In this document: positions 25,943 through 39,790 of the stretch, in pieces
Numbering within the stretch: the stretch's first letter is position 1
How the letters are laid out: the number at the start of each line of letters is the position of its first letter
From: the human T2T-CHM13v2.0 reference genome, Homo sapiens
Reading direction: 5' to 3' (one strand)
DNA length: 64,000 nucleotides
NCBI RefSeq assembly: GCF_009914755.1
Contig: NC_060927.1
Notes under the pieces: model-generated
Database searches by the model: none
Told to the model about the DNA's origin: nothing
The model's input: the letters and a program-made list of their open reading frames with translations, nothing else
Translations under genes and position numbers: made by a program

Positions 25943-28900
25943 TATTAAAATATTGGCATTAGTTCTTTTTTAAATGATTCATGAAATTCAGTAGTGAATT
26001 CATCAGATTTTGGGATTTTCTTTGATGGGAAACACTTTATTACTGCTTTAATCTTATTAATTATTATTGTTTTTTTCAGGTTCCCTATTTCTTTATGGTG
26101 CAATCTTGGCAGGTTGAATGTGTCCAGAAAATTTATCCTTTTTTTTAAAGTTTTCCTATTTGTTGGTGTAACAGTCTTTAATGATCCTTTGTATTTCTGC
26201 ACTTCTAATATTTCCCTTTTCATATCTGATTTCATCTATATGGGTCATCCCTCTTTTTTCTTAGTTAATCTAGCTAAAGGTTTGTCAATTTTGGTTATCT
26301 TTTCAAAAAACTAATTTTTATTTTGTTGAACTTTTGTATTTTTCTTAGCGTCGATTTCATTTATTTATGCTCTTATCTTTGTTATTTCTTTTCTTCTACT
26401 AATTTTGAATTTGATTTGTTCTTGGTTTTCTAGCTATTTGAGGTGCAATGTTAGGCTATTTGTAGTCTTTCCATTTTTATGGTGTAGACATTTATTACTA
26501 TAAACTTCCCTCTAAATACCGTCTTTATTATATACCATAAATTCTGCTCCACATTTATGTTTTTACTTGATTTCAAGAATTTTTAAAATTTTCATTGACC
26601 CATTGGTCATTCAGAAGCATATTGTTTAATTTCCATGTATTTGTACAATTTCCAAAATGTCTCTTGTTATTGATTTCTTATTATATTTTGTCGTGGTCAG
26701 AAAATATACTCGATATAATTTTGACTATTTTTAATTTCTTGAGACTTGTTTTATAGCCTACAATATAGTTAATACTAGAGAATGTTTCATGTGCTGATAA
26801 GAAAAAAATGTGTATTCTGGAGCAGTTGGATATAATGTTCTGTAATACCTGTCAGGTCTATTTTGTCTAGAGTGCGATTTAATTTCAATGTTTCTTTCTT
26901 GATCTTCTCTCTGGACAATCTGTCAATTGTCAAAAGTGGTGCCTTGAATTATCCTATGACTATTAAAGTCTATTTCTCCCTTTAAAGCTATTAATGTATA
27001 AAATATTTGGGGGCTCTGGTGTTGGGTCCATATCTATTTACAATTGTTGCATCCTCTTGCTGAATTGACCATTTCGTCATTATATAATAACCTTCTTTGT
27101 CTCTTTTTACAGTTTTTGACTTAAAGTATATTTTATTTGATGTATGTATAGCTACTCCTGATCATTTTGCATGGGCTATCATTTTTGCTTCAGTTTATGT
27201 GTATCTTTATAGGTAAAGGGAGTTTCTTATAGATAGCACATATATATGTTGTCTGCTTATATACTCACTCAGATAAATATATATATGGATCTTATATGTT
27301 TAATACAAGCAGCATATATATATATAATATTAGCAGCATATATATGGTGCTATATGTGACTATGTATATATGTATATATATATATATATATATGTCTTGT
27401 ATGTTTAATCTATTCAGTCACTCTATGAATTTTACTTGGAGAACTTAATCCATTCACATTCAATATATTATTGATAGGTAAGGCTTTACTACTGCCATTT
27501 TGTTACTTGTTTCCAAGCTGTTGTGTAACTTTTTTTTGCTGTCTTCTGTTGTACTTAAGTAGTTTTTTTGGTAAATATGTTTTAGTTTATTGTTTTAATT
27601 TTTAGTGTATCCCAGGATGCAAGGATGGCTGATCACATGCAAATATGAAAATGTGATAAGTCACATGAACTCTGAAAAAGCATTTGATAAAATTCAATGT
27701 TCCGTCATGACAAAAACCCTCCACAACGGATATAGAAAAGAAATACCTCAACACAATGAAGGTCATATATGACAACATCAGCTAACATCATGTTGAACAG
27801 GAAGAATATTGAAAGCCTTTCTACCAAGATCTGGAACAAAACAAGGATGTTCACTTTCACTAGTTTTATTTAATATCGCATCAGAAGTCCCAGCCAGGGC
27901 AATTAGGCCACAGAAAGAAATAAAGAATATCCAAATAGGAAAAGTAGTAGTCAAATTATCCTTGATTGCAGATGACGTGATCTTATATTTAGAAAAACCT
28001 AGACTCTACCAAAAAACACTTAAATGAATAAATAAATGTAATGAAGTTGCAGGATACAAAATAAACATACAAAAATCAGGAGCATTTCTATATGCTAATA
28101 GTGATCAATCTGAAAAATAAAAATAAGAAAGCAATACCACTTACAATAGCCAAAACTCCCCAAATACTTAGTAACACAGTTCACCAAAGAAGTGATAAAT
28201 CTCTACAAGGAAATATATAAAACACTGGTGAAAGAAATTGAAGAGAACACACATTCAAAAAGAGAAAGATATTCCACGCCCTTGAATTGGAAGAACTATT
28301 ATTGTTAAAGTATCTATATTACCCAAAGCAATTTACAGAGCTGATGCAATCTCTAACAAAATACTAATGACATTCTTCACAGAAATAGAAAAACATTTTT
28401 AAAATTTATATGGAACCACAAAAGACTTAAAATACTTAAAACATTTCTCAGCAAGAGTAACACCTGACTTCAAAATGAGTAACCAAACTATAGTAACCAA
28501 TCTGAGTAACCAAAGCTATAGTAACCAAATCTGCATGATACTGGCATAAAAACAGACACATAGACCCATAGAATAAAATAGAGAGCCTAGAAGTAAATCC
28601 AAGCATTGATAGGTAGCTTCTTTTTGACACAGTATAGAGACAATCTACAGAATGAGAGAAAATATTTGCAAACTATCCATCTGACAAGGAATCAATAACT
28701 AGAATATATAAGAAATTTAATAGAAAATAATAATAATACTCTGATTAAAAAATTGATAAAACCCTGAATAGATATTTCTCAAAGAAAAACCTTACAAATG
28801 GCCAACATGTTTATGAAATAAACTAATCATCAGGGAAGTGCAAATCAAAACCACAATGAGATATCATCTCACCTGAGATAGAAAGGCAATTCTCAAAAAA

Positions 28901-29715
28901 ATAAAAAATAATGCTGGTGATGATGTGGAGAAAGGGGAATGCTCATACACTGTTGGTAGAAATTTAAAGTAGTACATCCAATATGGAAAACACTATGGAA
29001 GTTACTCAAAAAATTAATACAGAACTGCCATATGATCAAGCAAGCCCACTGCTGGGTATATATTCAAAAAAAAAAGGGAATCAGAATCTCAAAGTGACTT
29101 TTGCACTCCCATGTTTATTGCAGCGCTATCCATGATAGCCATGACATGGAATCAGCCTAAGTGTTCATTAATGGATTAATGGGTTGAAAACATGTGATAT
29201 ACACATACAATGGTGTATTATTCAGACATAAAATGAAGTTAAATTGTGTCATTTGTAGCAACATAGATGGAGCTGGAGGTCATTATGTTAAATGAAATAA
29301 GCTAGAAACATAAAGACAAATATCACATGTTCTCACTCATATGCGGGAGCTAAAAAAGTAGATCTCATGCAGGTAGAGAGTAGAAGGGTGGTAATCAGAG
29401 GCTCAGAAAGGAAGAGGGGAGAGAAAAATAAAGAGAAAACATTTAATGGATATAAAATTTAATTAGGTAGAAGGAATAAGTTCTTGTTCTCAATAGTACA
29501 GCATGGAAATTATAGGTAAGTATAATTTATGACATGTTGCAAAACACCTAGAAGAATTCTGATATTCCCACCACAAAGAATAGATAAATGTTTGCAGTAA
29601 CAGATATTCCAATTACTCTAATTTCATCATTACACATTATATACATGTTTCAAAATACACATGTAACCGCATAATATGTACGACTGTGATATATAAATTT
29701 AAAAATCCAAAAAGT
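25943..29715 (+). mobile_element. L1MA3/4-like element with 5' inversion: inverted ORF2 N-terminal block on minus (25943-27610), forward RT-to-3'UTR block on plus (27611-29715)
   Basis: Minus ORF 25945-26235 (FLDTFNLPRL...FTTEF...KELMPI) and the ORF2 start (cat at 27496-27498); plus block starts cccaggatgcaaggatgg and includes [15 protein letters not shown]; L1MA 3'UTR; no clear TSD. Confidence 0.85.
27238..27412. repeat. Complex TA-rich simple repeat with local duplications inside L1MA
   Basis: Several (TA)n runs; agcagcatatatat twice; tcttatatgtttaat / tcttgtatgtttaat. Confidence 0.85.
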
Positions 29716-29745
29716 AAAGTTTTGGATGTGAACTTCATTATATAA

Positions 29746-29922
29746 CAGGGATTCTCCAATCTCTAACTGCACATTAGAAGTATCTAGGAGCTGTTTTAAA
29801 AGATTGATTGCCCTGGTCTCACCTTAAAACAATTGATTCAGATGCTCTGGTGGTGGAACCCAAAATGGGTATCTCTATAACATTCACAGTTGATTCTGAG
29901 AAAACTGAAATTTGAGAACTGG
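29746..29922. mobile_element. MER5 (hAT-Charlie) DNA transposon fossil
   Basis: cagggattctccaa...ctgcacattagaagtatctaggagct...gattcaga...tgattctga...tttgagaactg; ~180 bp with inverted ends. Confidence 0.8.
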
Positions 29923-30497
29923 AAACCTCATGAATCAGATTTACTTGGAGTAGGGTTTAGAGTTTTCTTTTAAATTAATTCTGTCATGTTGTCATTTTGT
30001 ATGTTGCAGTCTGTAAAGCAAATCTCAGAATAGTGTCTCATTTGCTTTTTTTGCCCTACGCATTTGATGAATCTTCAAAATCTGTGGAGGACACATAAAA
30101 TCATGTCTCCATTCTAACAAAAAGTATATTTTTAATACCATAATATAGATTTATACTTTCACAGTTTTATTGAATATAAATACTTAGAAAGTGACTGCAG
30201 CAAAGTTAATTTCTGACAAATACCTATTTTTGATAATAACCACAATTTTTGAAAGTAAAAAGCAAAAGCAAATTAATAGTATGCTCTTTCTATATTTTAA
30301 TAAAGTCTATCTGGTGGCTTATGTCCTCATCAAAATAGAAACACCATTAATTTATATTCAAAAACACATTTTTAACTATTTAAAATGCTACCAATTCCAT
30401 TATAGATATATTTGAAATTTATATAATGCTAATATAACCTAATATAGCTAACATTCTTTGTTATCATAATAGTGTAAAAAAAAAGATATTTGTTTTA

Positions 30498-30710
30498 AGC
30501 AGCAGTATAATATAGTGGTTTGGTTCAAGATCTCTGGACCTAACCTGTTGAAGTGTCATATTCAGTAACTTATTAGCTGTGATAATTTAGGCAACTCACT
30601 TATCCAACAAATGGAGGTATGGATACTCAAAGATAGCTTTAAATATTCAATAAGATTTTATAGTTAAAGCTTTTAAAACATTACCTTGCCCATTATAAAT
30701 ATTGAAACCA
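30498..30710 (+). mobile_element. MIR
   Basis: gcagtataatatagtggtt...acttattagctgtgataatttaggcaactcactta...aaagcttttaaaaca. Confidence 0.75.
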
Positions 30711-30777
30711 ATTTTTTTTTGCTCTTCCTATTTTAAAACTGAGACATATTATTATGAGAAACATCAACAGAGTTTCT

Positions 30778-31530
30778 ATGATCACCATTTCCCTCTCATT
30801 ACACAGTATATAAGTCTGAAAACCAAAGGAATGGAGTAGGAATGGCCCTACTTATCATTATTCCTAATGAACAACTTGGAGAATATATTCTTGTTTCCAC
30901 AACTTTAGGCTGTTTGGCTCTAGAAGTCCTATTGAATGGGGGGTAATTCATTCACCAGGGAAAATAGAAAAAGTTCCATTAAACTTTCAGCCATGGCTAT
31001 GGGCCCTTCGCCTTGGGCTCTTTGTGCCAAGAGACCAGCAAATGAAATAAATTCTATCCTGACTGGGTGAAGAACTCTATTCTTCAGAAAGAGGTGAAGT
31101 TTTTCCTATCTAATGTGGAAGGAAATAATACATTCGGCTTGAAGATCATCTAGTAAAACTATTCTTGCTGTCCCCCTCCTTAAATGTAACAAGTACAGCA
31201 GCCTGAAACTATAAAGAGCTTTGGTTACCAAGGGCCACCAGAGAAGTAGATCACTCAGAGAATCTAGGTATCCCATCAGTTAAGTCGCCTAGATCAGGAG
31301 AGATGCTATTCAAAGGCAATGTGAACCTAGAATGAGTGGTATAGAAGGTAGGCCAGCTGCTGTGACAGGGACTATGTATATATATGTATATTTTTAACTT
31401 TTCTCTTAAAAGTTTCTGCAGGAAATGAAAACTACCAAACTCCTGGAGGACTAGGGTGAATTCACTTTACACAAGGGGTAAACTTACTTTATAAAGCAAG
31501 TGGGAGGAAGCAATAGAAATAGTGGGCTGC
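30778..31530 (+). mobile_element. ERVL/MaLR-type internal sequence, 3' end with a decayed dUTPase-like region
   Basis: Broken translation PWLWALRLGLFVPRDQQ...SILTG*...QKEVKFFLSN aligns by eye with ERVL WLPPGHFGLLVPRDQQ...TILAGVIDPDHQEEVGLLLHN; downstream cctagatcaggagagatgcta...aacctagaatgagtggta also fits. Confidence 0.75.
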
Positions 31531-33160
31531 CTTGTAGCCATCCTTAGAAAAACAAAGTGTGCTTGGTCCTACCAGAGATAAGGAAATACAACTCTGTACT
31601 GGGGAGGAAAAAAATCATCCCCCAAATAAACCAGAATGATGTTTTTAACTAGTTGCTAGACAAGCAAAAACAGTATGTCCATTGTATTGAAGGACAGGAA
31701 TATTGCTGACAAAACTAAGATAAATGCCTGATAGGGAAAAATCGTCATGATTTATTGAATGTCCTGGATTAAAGTTGGAAGACAGTAGATAAATCTTGTT
31801 CCAGACTGGAATATTTATTATAAATAAAGAGCTATGACTACACTAATAACTAAACTATTAATAGGAATTCTGTTAAGAGACACCTAAAAAATTCATGATG
31901 CTGTAACTAATTCATTCTAAATATGACTGTGGTATTTGCCATTTACTTGGGGAAGCAGTTTAGCACATAAATGTATCCACAAAAATATTATATTTTTCAG
32001 CGGAAAACTTAGAGTAGCAATGATTATCAGCAAGTTTTTAACTAGAAAATTTTATGTCGTGTGTTAAAATATGGCTTTATACATTTATGTGAAAGTATAT
32101 GTAGCATTACTGCTATTCTATCTGTAGGTCTTAAACCTCTGGCAATACATACATCATTCCTAACTTAAAAAAAAAACTTACTCATGAAGTCTTCCTTGTC
32201 CAGCAAAGTGTTCTAAGCCTTATTTATTCAGACATTTAAAAATACATTACATAGAATGGATTAAATGTTCATTGGCAATCATAGCATTTTGGTGATTATT
32301 TATATTCCATAAATATTTTTATGAAATTCCCATCATAAAGAAATGTATTTAAATGAATATAATTAGTATAATGTTTCAGATTCATTAAGCTTAATTTATT
32401 CAGTTACTCCCATTTTAAAAAATTAGCACAAGCACTTTAACTTGCAAAATAAATTTCCCAATTGATTGTACTTAACTTTGGGAAACACTGATGCATATTA
32501 CTTAAATTAATTTTACTTGATTTGATTTATTTGTTCTTGTATAGATGAAACTACCATATGTGTTTTGAAAGCAAAGTTCTATGAAATACAATTTGCTACA
32601 CTAGTTGTTCTTCTGAAACTGGAAACAGATATCAGCATAAAACAAGTGTTTTGAATGGTTAAACCTATACTCGATAATTTACTTCCAAGATCATATATAT
32701 TTCTTTTCCCAAAGACTGATTAGTTCCCTATGGGTAATTCATTAGAGCAATGCTATCATGTGTGGATAAAAATGACAACAGCTTTCAACAGCTAAGAAGA
32801 GATTTATATCCCAAGGCCAATAGAATCCTCAAAGACCTAATTAAAATCAAGGACCTCATAGTCTCAGAGTTTTGTGAAGTGTTCTTGGCAGTAACACCAT
32901 ATCCACAATAGGTTTACCTGTTGCTCCTTCCCTGAAAACACATTAAGTAATTCAGAATTACCAACTAATATTAGTGTGAAAAACAGAACAAATGGCCAGT
33001 GTTTGATTTTTTTACACATTTTTTTTTGCCTTTGGTCACAGGCAAAGACTATACACAGGGTGTATAGTCAAAATATGTTCATGAAGTGGTTGGTTTAGTT
33101 TTTTCCTCCCCCGCTTTGGTATAGTTATTTTAGTCATTTGAAATTAGGTAGTCTGATTTC

Positions 33161-33384
33161 TTTTTTTTAAATTTTATTATTATTATACTTTAAGTTTTAG
33201 GGTACATGTGCACAATGTACAGGTTTGTTACATATGTATACATGTGCCATGTTGGTGTGCTGCACCCATTAACTCGTCATTTAGCATTAGGTATATCTTC
33301 TAATGCTATCCCTCCCCACTCCCCCTACCCCACTACAGTCCCTGGAGTGTGATGTTCCCCTTCCTGTGTCCATGTGTTCTCATT
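33161..33384 (-). mobile_element. Very short L1PA3/4 3' end (~225 bp)
   Basis: ttattatactttaagttttagggtacatgtgcac...cccattaactcgtcatttagcattagg...ttcctgtgtccatgtgttctcatt. Confidence 0.93.
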
Positions 33385-34428
33385 TATTTCATTTTCTTTT
33401 ATTCTTGATTTTATTTTTTGAGCACACAAAAACTATGTTCTAAAAGTCAAAACTAAACAAAAAGTTATTCTCAGAAATGTCATTTTCCCATGCACTGTAG
33501 ATTGTCTCAACTACCCAGTTTTTCCATCTATTCCAATCTATCCATGTTAATAACTAATCTTGTTTTTGTCTCATGTAGTCATCCTGTCTTTGTTTTTACA
33601 CAAATAATCAAACATATGTATATTTTCTTGTTTTTTCATAAAAAGCTAATGTACTATAAGCACATTTTTGTGCTTTGTTTCTATTTACATAGCAATAGAT
33701 TCTAGGAATCATCCCCTACCAATTCAAACAGTACTTTTTATGGCTGAATAGGTCTACAATATGTGGATATACTAGTTTATTAAACCACTGTCCTATTTAT
33801 GGCTACTTAGGTTATTTGCAATATAGTACTTTGTGATTACCAATAATGCTGTGATGAATAATCTTAGAAATATCTATTTTCATGCTGTTGGAGGTAGAGT
33901 AAATTCAGGGTAAATTTTTTAAATAGAATGCTACTCAAAGTGTAACTATAGCTATAGTTTTGTTATAGAGTCACAAATTTCTCTCCAAGACTGTTGTGCA
34001 AATTTGCATCCCCACCAATAATATATGAGTATACCTGTTTCCTCAAGACTTACCAAGAGAATATGTTGTCAATATAAATTTTAGCCAAGCTAATAGTTAA
34101 GAAATGTAATTTTTGTATAGTGCTTATTTTTATTTCTCTAATTATGAAGTAGTTTGTGCAGCTTGTCACGTGTTAAAGAACCATTTTTTCATCTTTATTT
34201 CGATTGTCTGATCTTGCCTCTTCCCCGTATTTCCAATGAGGTTGTTAGTCTTTTTTCCTGAAAAATTTTGGAGTTCTTTATATATAAAAGTTATTTGTCC
34301 TTCATTTGTGATTGCAAATATTTTTTATTATCTTTTTTATTTTGTTGTTTTGCCATGTGATAGTTTTATAATTATGTTTATGTACTCATATTTATCAGTC
34401 TTTTCTTTAATCATCTCTTAATTTTTAA

Positions 34429-34740
<312 letters not shown>

Positions 34741-37700
34741 TAAGTGCTTTTCCTATATTCAGATTATAAATGAATCCATTCCATTTCTGGGTTTTTTTTT
34801 TTTTTTTTTTTAAGAAACTGTATGGCTTACTTATTCATTGATTCATTCACTCATTTAATATCACTGATTGTTTTTAATATTCTTGAGTATTTGGTGTTTA
34901 TTCTTGTGCATAATAGGAGGCATAGATGTAATTTTCTATTTTCCAAATGGCTAACCAATGTGTCACATGATTTGAGAAGACACCTTCATTATATCATACA
35001 TTTTTATATTTAAAAATATAAATATATTGTTTCTAGAGCTCTCTAATTTATTTCATCAGTGTCTAATACATTCTGCCTCATGAAATATAATAGCTTTATC
35101 ATTAGACTAAGATCTTTAGTATAAACTTGTCTTTTTTTGTTGGTAGTTTTATCATTATTTTGCTAAATTTATACATTAAAATATGGGGAACTGGCATTTT
35201 TATGATCTTGATTTTTCTTAAACAAATGCTATGTTTTCATTTGCTCAGATCTCCTTGTGGATTTCTCTATAGTGTTTAAGTGTTTCCACATATAGGTTTT
35301 TTTTTTCAGTTAATTTTTTTAAAGAAATTTATTTTTTTATTTTTGCTGTTGTAAATAGGGTTTTCTTTATCAAATCTCCTAGTTATCGATTATATATATA
35401 AATGACATTAATTTGGGTGTATTAATTTTATAATTTTCTACTTTTTAAATTATTTTATCATTTTAGTATTAGGTTTGGATATTGTTTTTATGATGTAACA
35501 GGTATATGATCATATCTCATGCGGAGGCAGTTTATTATTTTCCAATTTCAATTATTCTAATTGATTTTTTTTCTAATTGTATTTGCTAATACCTATAGAA
35601 AGTATTAATTCTTTTAAGCAATAGTGGACATCTTTGTGTTGTTCTTAAACTTAATGAAAGTGCATTGAATATTTGGTTGCTAAATAAGATGATGGTTTTA
35701 AATTTAGAATATATAGCCTATATCAGTATACACACACACACGCACACACACGATCTTATTTTCTTGAAGTATTTTCCTCAAAAATAGAGTGTAAATTCTG
35801 TCAAGTGTATTTATATCTGTGAAACCAGTAAATAATGTTAGCAATATCCTAATATTAACACATTTTCCATTTCTGCAATAAATTCCACTTGGTCATGGTA
35901 TGTCATTTTTATAATATGGTATTAGATATATTAGTTTACATTTAATTTACTAATTTGCATTGATATTTTAAGTGACATTCTTTTCTTTCTCTGATACTGT
36001 CTTTAATAGGTATACGTAGAAATGTTATACTTCATAAAAATCATGGGAAGTTTTCCTTTATTTTTAATACTGCGAAACATTTTTTGATCTGTTTTTGTTT
36101 TGTAGATGTTTTTTGGAAGAAGTAGTTCCTTTAGTCTCTTTTTTCCTTTAACTGTTGTTGTTTCCTTTAGAAATGGGTCACTTTAGGTTTATTCTCTCCA
36201 GTGAGTTTTCAGTAATACTGCTATTCCATTGTTTTGGTTGCCTTCTTCAGAGACTCATGTCCCATGTCCTAGATCTTTTTCACTTGTATTTCTTTTCAAG
36301 TAAGATCTCTGACCATTTTTTATTTCATTGCCTACATCATTCTCTGGGTTGTTTTACTGCTTTCCTTTAATTGCTTTTATTATGTTTAAATTCAGATCTA
36401 CTTATACTTTAAAAATGTATAATTCATTTATTATTTTGATAGTATTATTTTTTGTCTATTTCCTTTTTGAGTTCAGCCAGAACTATTTTTTCTTGTTTTT
36501 CCACTATTTATATTCCTAATATTTTTATTGATTGTTCAAATTCATTTTTAAGTAACCCCAAAAGGCTCGATGGAGTATATACAAATCACTAAGTAGTTTT
36601 AATCCGTGAACTGAATTGTTTCCTTTCCCATTGTCTGCTTAATTCTTATTGCAGTTTGTATAGATGAAAAGTATTTGTTCTTTTGCATTTCTGTGGCAAT
36701 GGTTTATAGTCTGGGGCAGTTTACAAGACACCATTTTTACAAGTGCATTCCAGTATAACAAAATATGATTTCTCTTTGAGTGACTTTTTGAGGCAAGAGA
36801 AGTGGGGTGGGGTTCTGTGCCTTTTATGTTTTTCATTTTACTAAATTTTCTTTTATTCCCTCAAATAAATCATCTCCATTGCTTTCTCTCCTCTTCTGCC
36901 TGAAACTTGCTTTAAAAAAAAACTGCTCTCTCAAAATTCACACACACTGTAAAATTTTTTCCCTGCTTTTTCCCCCTTCTGATCTAAAAAGAATCTTTTT
37001 CACCATTTTCCATGTAGATGAGTCTTTCTCTTTCTGTTAGTGAACACAGGTCAATCTTAATACTGCATCTTACTCTCCTATTAGCCCCTATATGTAGGTT
37101 TTCCTTGACTCCTCTTGCTCTGTGAGATTCAAAGGTTTCCACAGAAGAATTTGAGCAATAAATTGAGTTGGTGTTTATTATTCCATGTATGGGTAATTCA
37201 AAGTTAGCCATCCTCTTTCTTTCAGTTATGCCAAACAATGAATTTTATTTAGTCTCATATGTTACTTTTGTTGCTATAATTTTTATAATTCCGTAAGAGA
37301 TTTAGATTTATTCTGTTAGCATTAACTTAGCTACCCACAATTTCTAAGACAGTAAGAATATTTTAGAAGGTGGTACTGCAGTTCTCTGATACTCAGTTCC
37401 ATATTCCCGTTTTCTATAAAATAGATATGTTGAATTTATTTTACTATATTTCTTTGGCCCAAAGGCTATGTTCTCCATTGTGGCTCTTTTGTTGCCTCCT
37501 GTTATATAAATAATTAGTGTACAAGCCAGTAGACTAGCTACATTTTTTACTCCTAAAAAACGTAAGAGAGGAGTTAAGAAGGCATATGTTCTCTTTTTAC
37601 CATGGCTCTTTAGCTATGTCTTAAGCAGTAGATTTCCATCAGCATTAAAAAAGAGCAACACACACACACACAAAAACAAAACCAGAAAACAACAACAAAA

Positions 37701-38154
37701 AGCTCTCATTAGTTTCTGCCTGTGTATACTAATATCTTCTTTTCAACATTCAGATTTCTAAATTACCAAAGCAGTAAAATTCAGCATCTGTGTACACAGA
37801 TTACACATAGAGCTCAGGCATGGATGATAAAGATAAAAGGGTAATAGGAAGTAGAATCAGAGTTTATTAAAATATAATTTTATGCTTGATTTGGTTAGAA
37901 TTGGCCTGATTTCATTTGCACTTCACATCACCAGCTGCCAATTTAGTATAATTTGGAACCACAAATTATCGATGACAAAATATAATTAAATTTTTTATCA
38001 AGTTTAAGGGGCTTCGAAGTTCTGTTGCTCTTATAGAGAGGAAGAAAAATGATATGCAGTAAGGTTATTATACATAATATACATATATATCAGAAAAGCT
38101 TTATATAGTGCACTATGATGACTTTAAGAATAATTGCATTCAAAACAAAATTTT

Positions 38155-38923
38155 TTTTTTATTATACTTTAAGTTTTAGGGTACATGTGCACATTGTGCA
38201 GATTAGTTACATATGTAGACATGTGCCATGCTGGTGCGCTGCACCCACTAACTCGTCATCTAACATTAGGTATATCTCCCAATGCTATCCCTCCCCCCTC
38301 CCCCCACCCCACAACAGTCCCCAGAGTGTGATATTCCCCTTCCTGTGTCCATGTGATCTCATTGTTCAATTCCCACCTATGAGTGAGAATATGCAGTGTT
38401 TGGTTTTTGGTTCTTGCGATAGTTTACTGAGAATGATGATTTCCAATTTCATCCATGTCCCTACAAAGGACATGAACTCATCATTTTTTATGGCTGCATA
38501 GTATTCCATGGTGTATATGTGCCACATTTTCTTAATCCAGCCTATCATTGTTGGACATTTGGGTTGGTTCCAAGTCTTTGCTATTGTGAATAATGCCGCA
38601 ATAAACATACGTGTGCATGTGTCTTTATAGCAGCATGATTTATAGTCCTTTGTGTATATACCCAGTAATGGGATGGCTGGGTCAAATGGTATTTCTAGTT
38701 CTAGATCCCTGAGGAATCGCCACACTGACTTCCACAATGGTTGAACTAGTTTACAGTCTCACCAACAGTGTAAAAGTGTTCCTATTTCTCCACATCCTCT
38801 CCAGCACCTGTTGTTTCCTGACTTTTTAATGATTGCCATTCTAACTGGTGTGAGATGGTATCTCATTGTGGTTTTGATTTGCATTTCTCTGATGGCCAGT
38901 GATGATGAGCATTTTTTCATGTG
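38155..38923 (-). mobile_element. 5'-truncated L1PA2 (~770 bp)
   Basis: Young diagnostics ctggtgcgctgcacccactaactcgtcatct (GAG, not the Ta-type ACA), gtgatattcccc, atgtgatctc; TSD tcaaaacaaaa(a)tttt starting at 38140 and 38924; ORF 38366-38737 is the ORF2 C-terminus. Confidence 0.93.
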
Positions 38924-39694
38924 TCAAAACAAAAATTTTAAGAAGGTAAAATTACATTTTGTCTCTTCTAGTCAATAATTTGTTAATATCCACTAGTGTT
39001 TTCTTTTTTTCTTTCTCCCTCTCCTTCTTATTCTTTCCCTTCAGCTTCTTATTTAGTAGGGTCCTACTACTCTGCCATAAACTAATGCTATGTTCTGTCT
39101 AACAAGGTCACAGACAAATATTAGCAGCCTCAGAAGAATGTGAAGTGAAGGAACCTTTATACCTGGAAGATTTAGATGAATTCCAAATGAATAATTTTTC
39201 TTCTTTTTGAACTGTGAAAATGTTATATTTAACTAGGATGACATAAACAGAAATATAGTCTATGGCAGATCTCCAGCAAAACGATAAAGGAAATGATATA
39301 ATAAATTAATATGTGGAATACCTTAAAATAAAAATAAATTGGCAAAAATGCATAAAATGAATGAAAAAGAATAATCTAATTTTGGATAGTTAAATATATT
39401 ATAATCTTCTTAAAGTTAAATAGTTTTATTCAATTATGTCTTACATCAAAGAATGCTAGCAATGAGCTTTGTCCACTCAATGAATTATAGATTTCATTTA
39501 GTTAACACAGAGTGGGTACAATTACCAATAAAGACAATGAAATGTAGAAGAATGAAAATTTTGTGATTAAATATCACCCTCTTAATTTTATAAGAGAAAT
39601 GCCCAAGATGAACTGTTCTTTAAAGGGAATAATAAAACCATAATTGCCTTAGGAGAAAAAAGCTTAGAGACACTGATTCAAATATAGATTTACA

Positions 39695-39790
39695 AGACCA
39701 TAAAATGCCAGAGCAGAAGGAAGCTTGAAAATCATTTAATTTAACTTCTAATTTTACATGTGAATAAACAAATAAATCCAAGGAAAGTCT
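39695..39790 (-). mobile_element. MIR3/MIRc fragment
   Basis: cataaaatgccagagcagaaggaagcttgaaaatcatttaatttaacttctaattttacatgtgaataaac. Confidence 0.55.
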
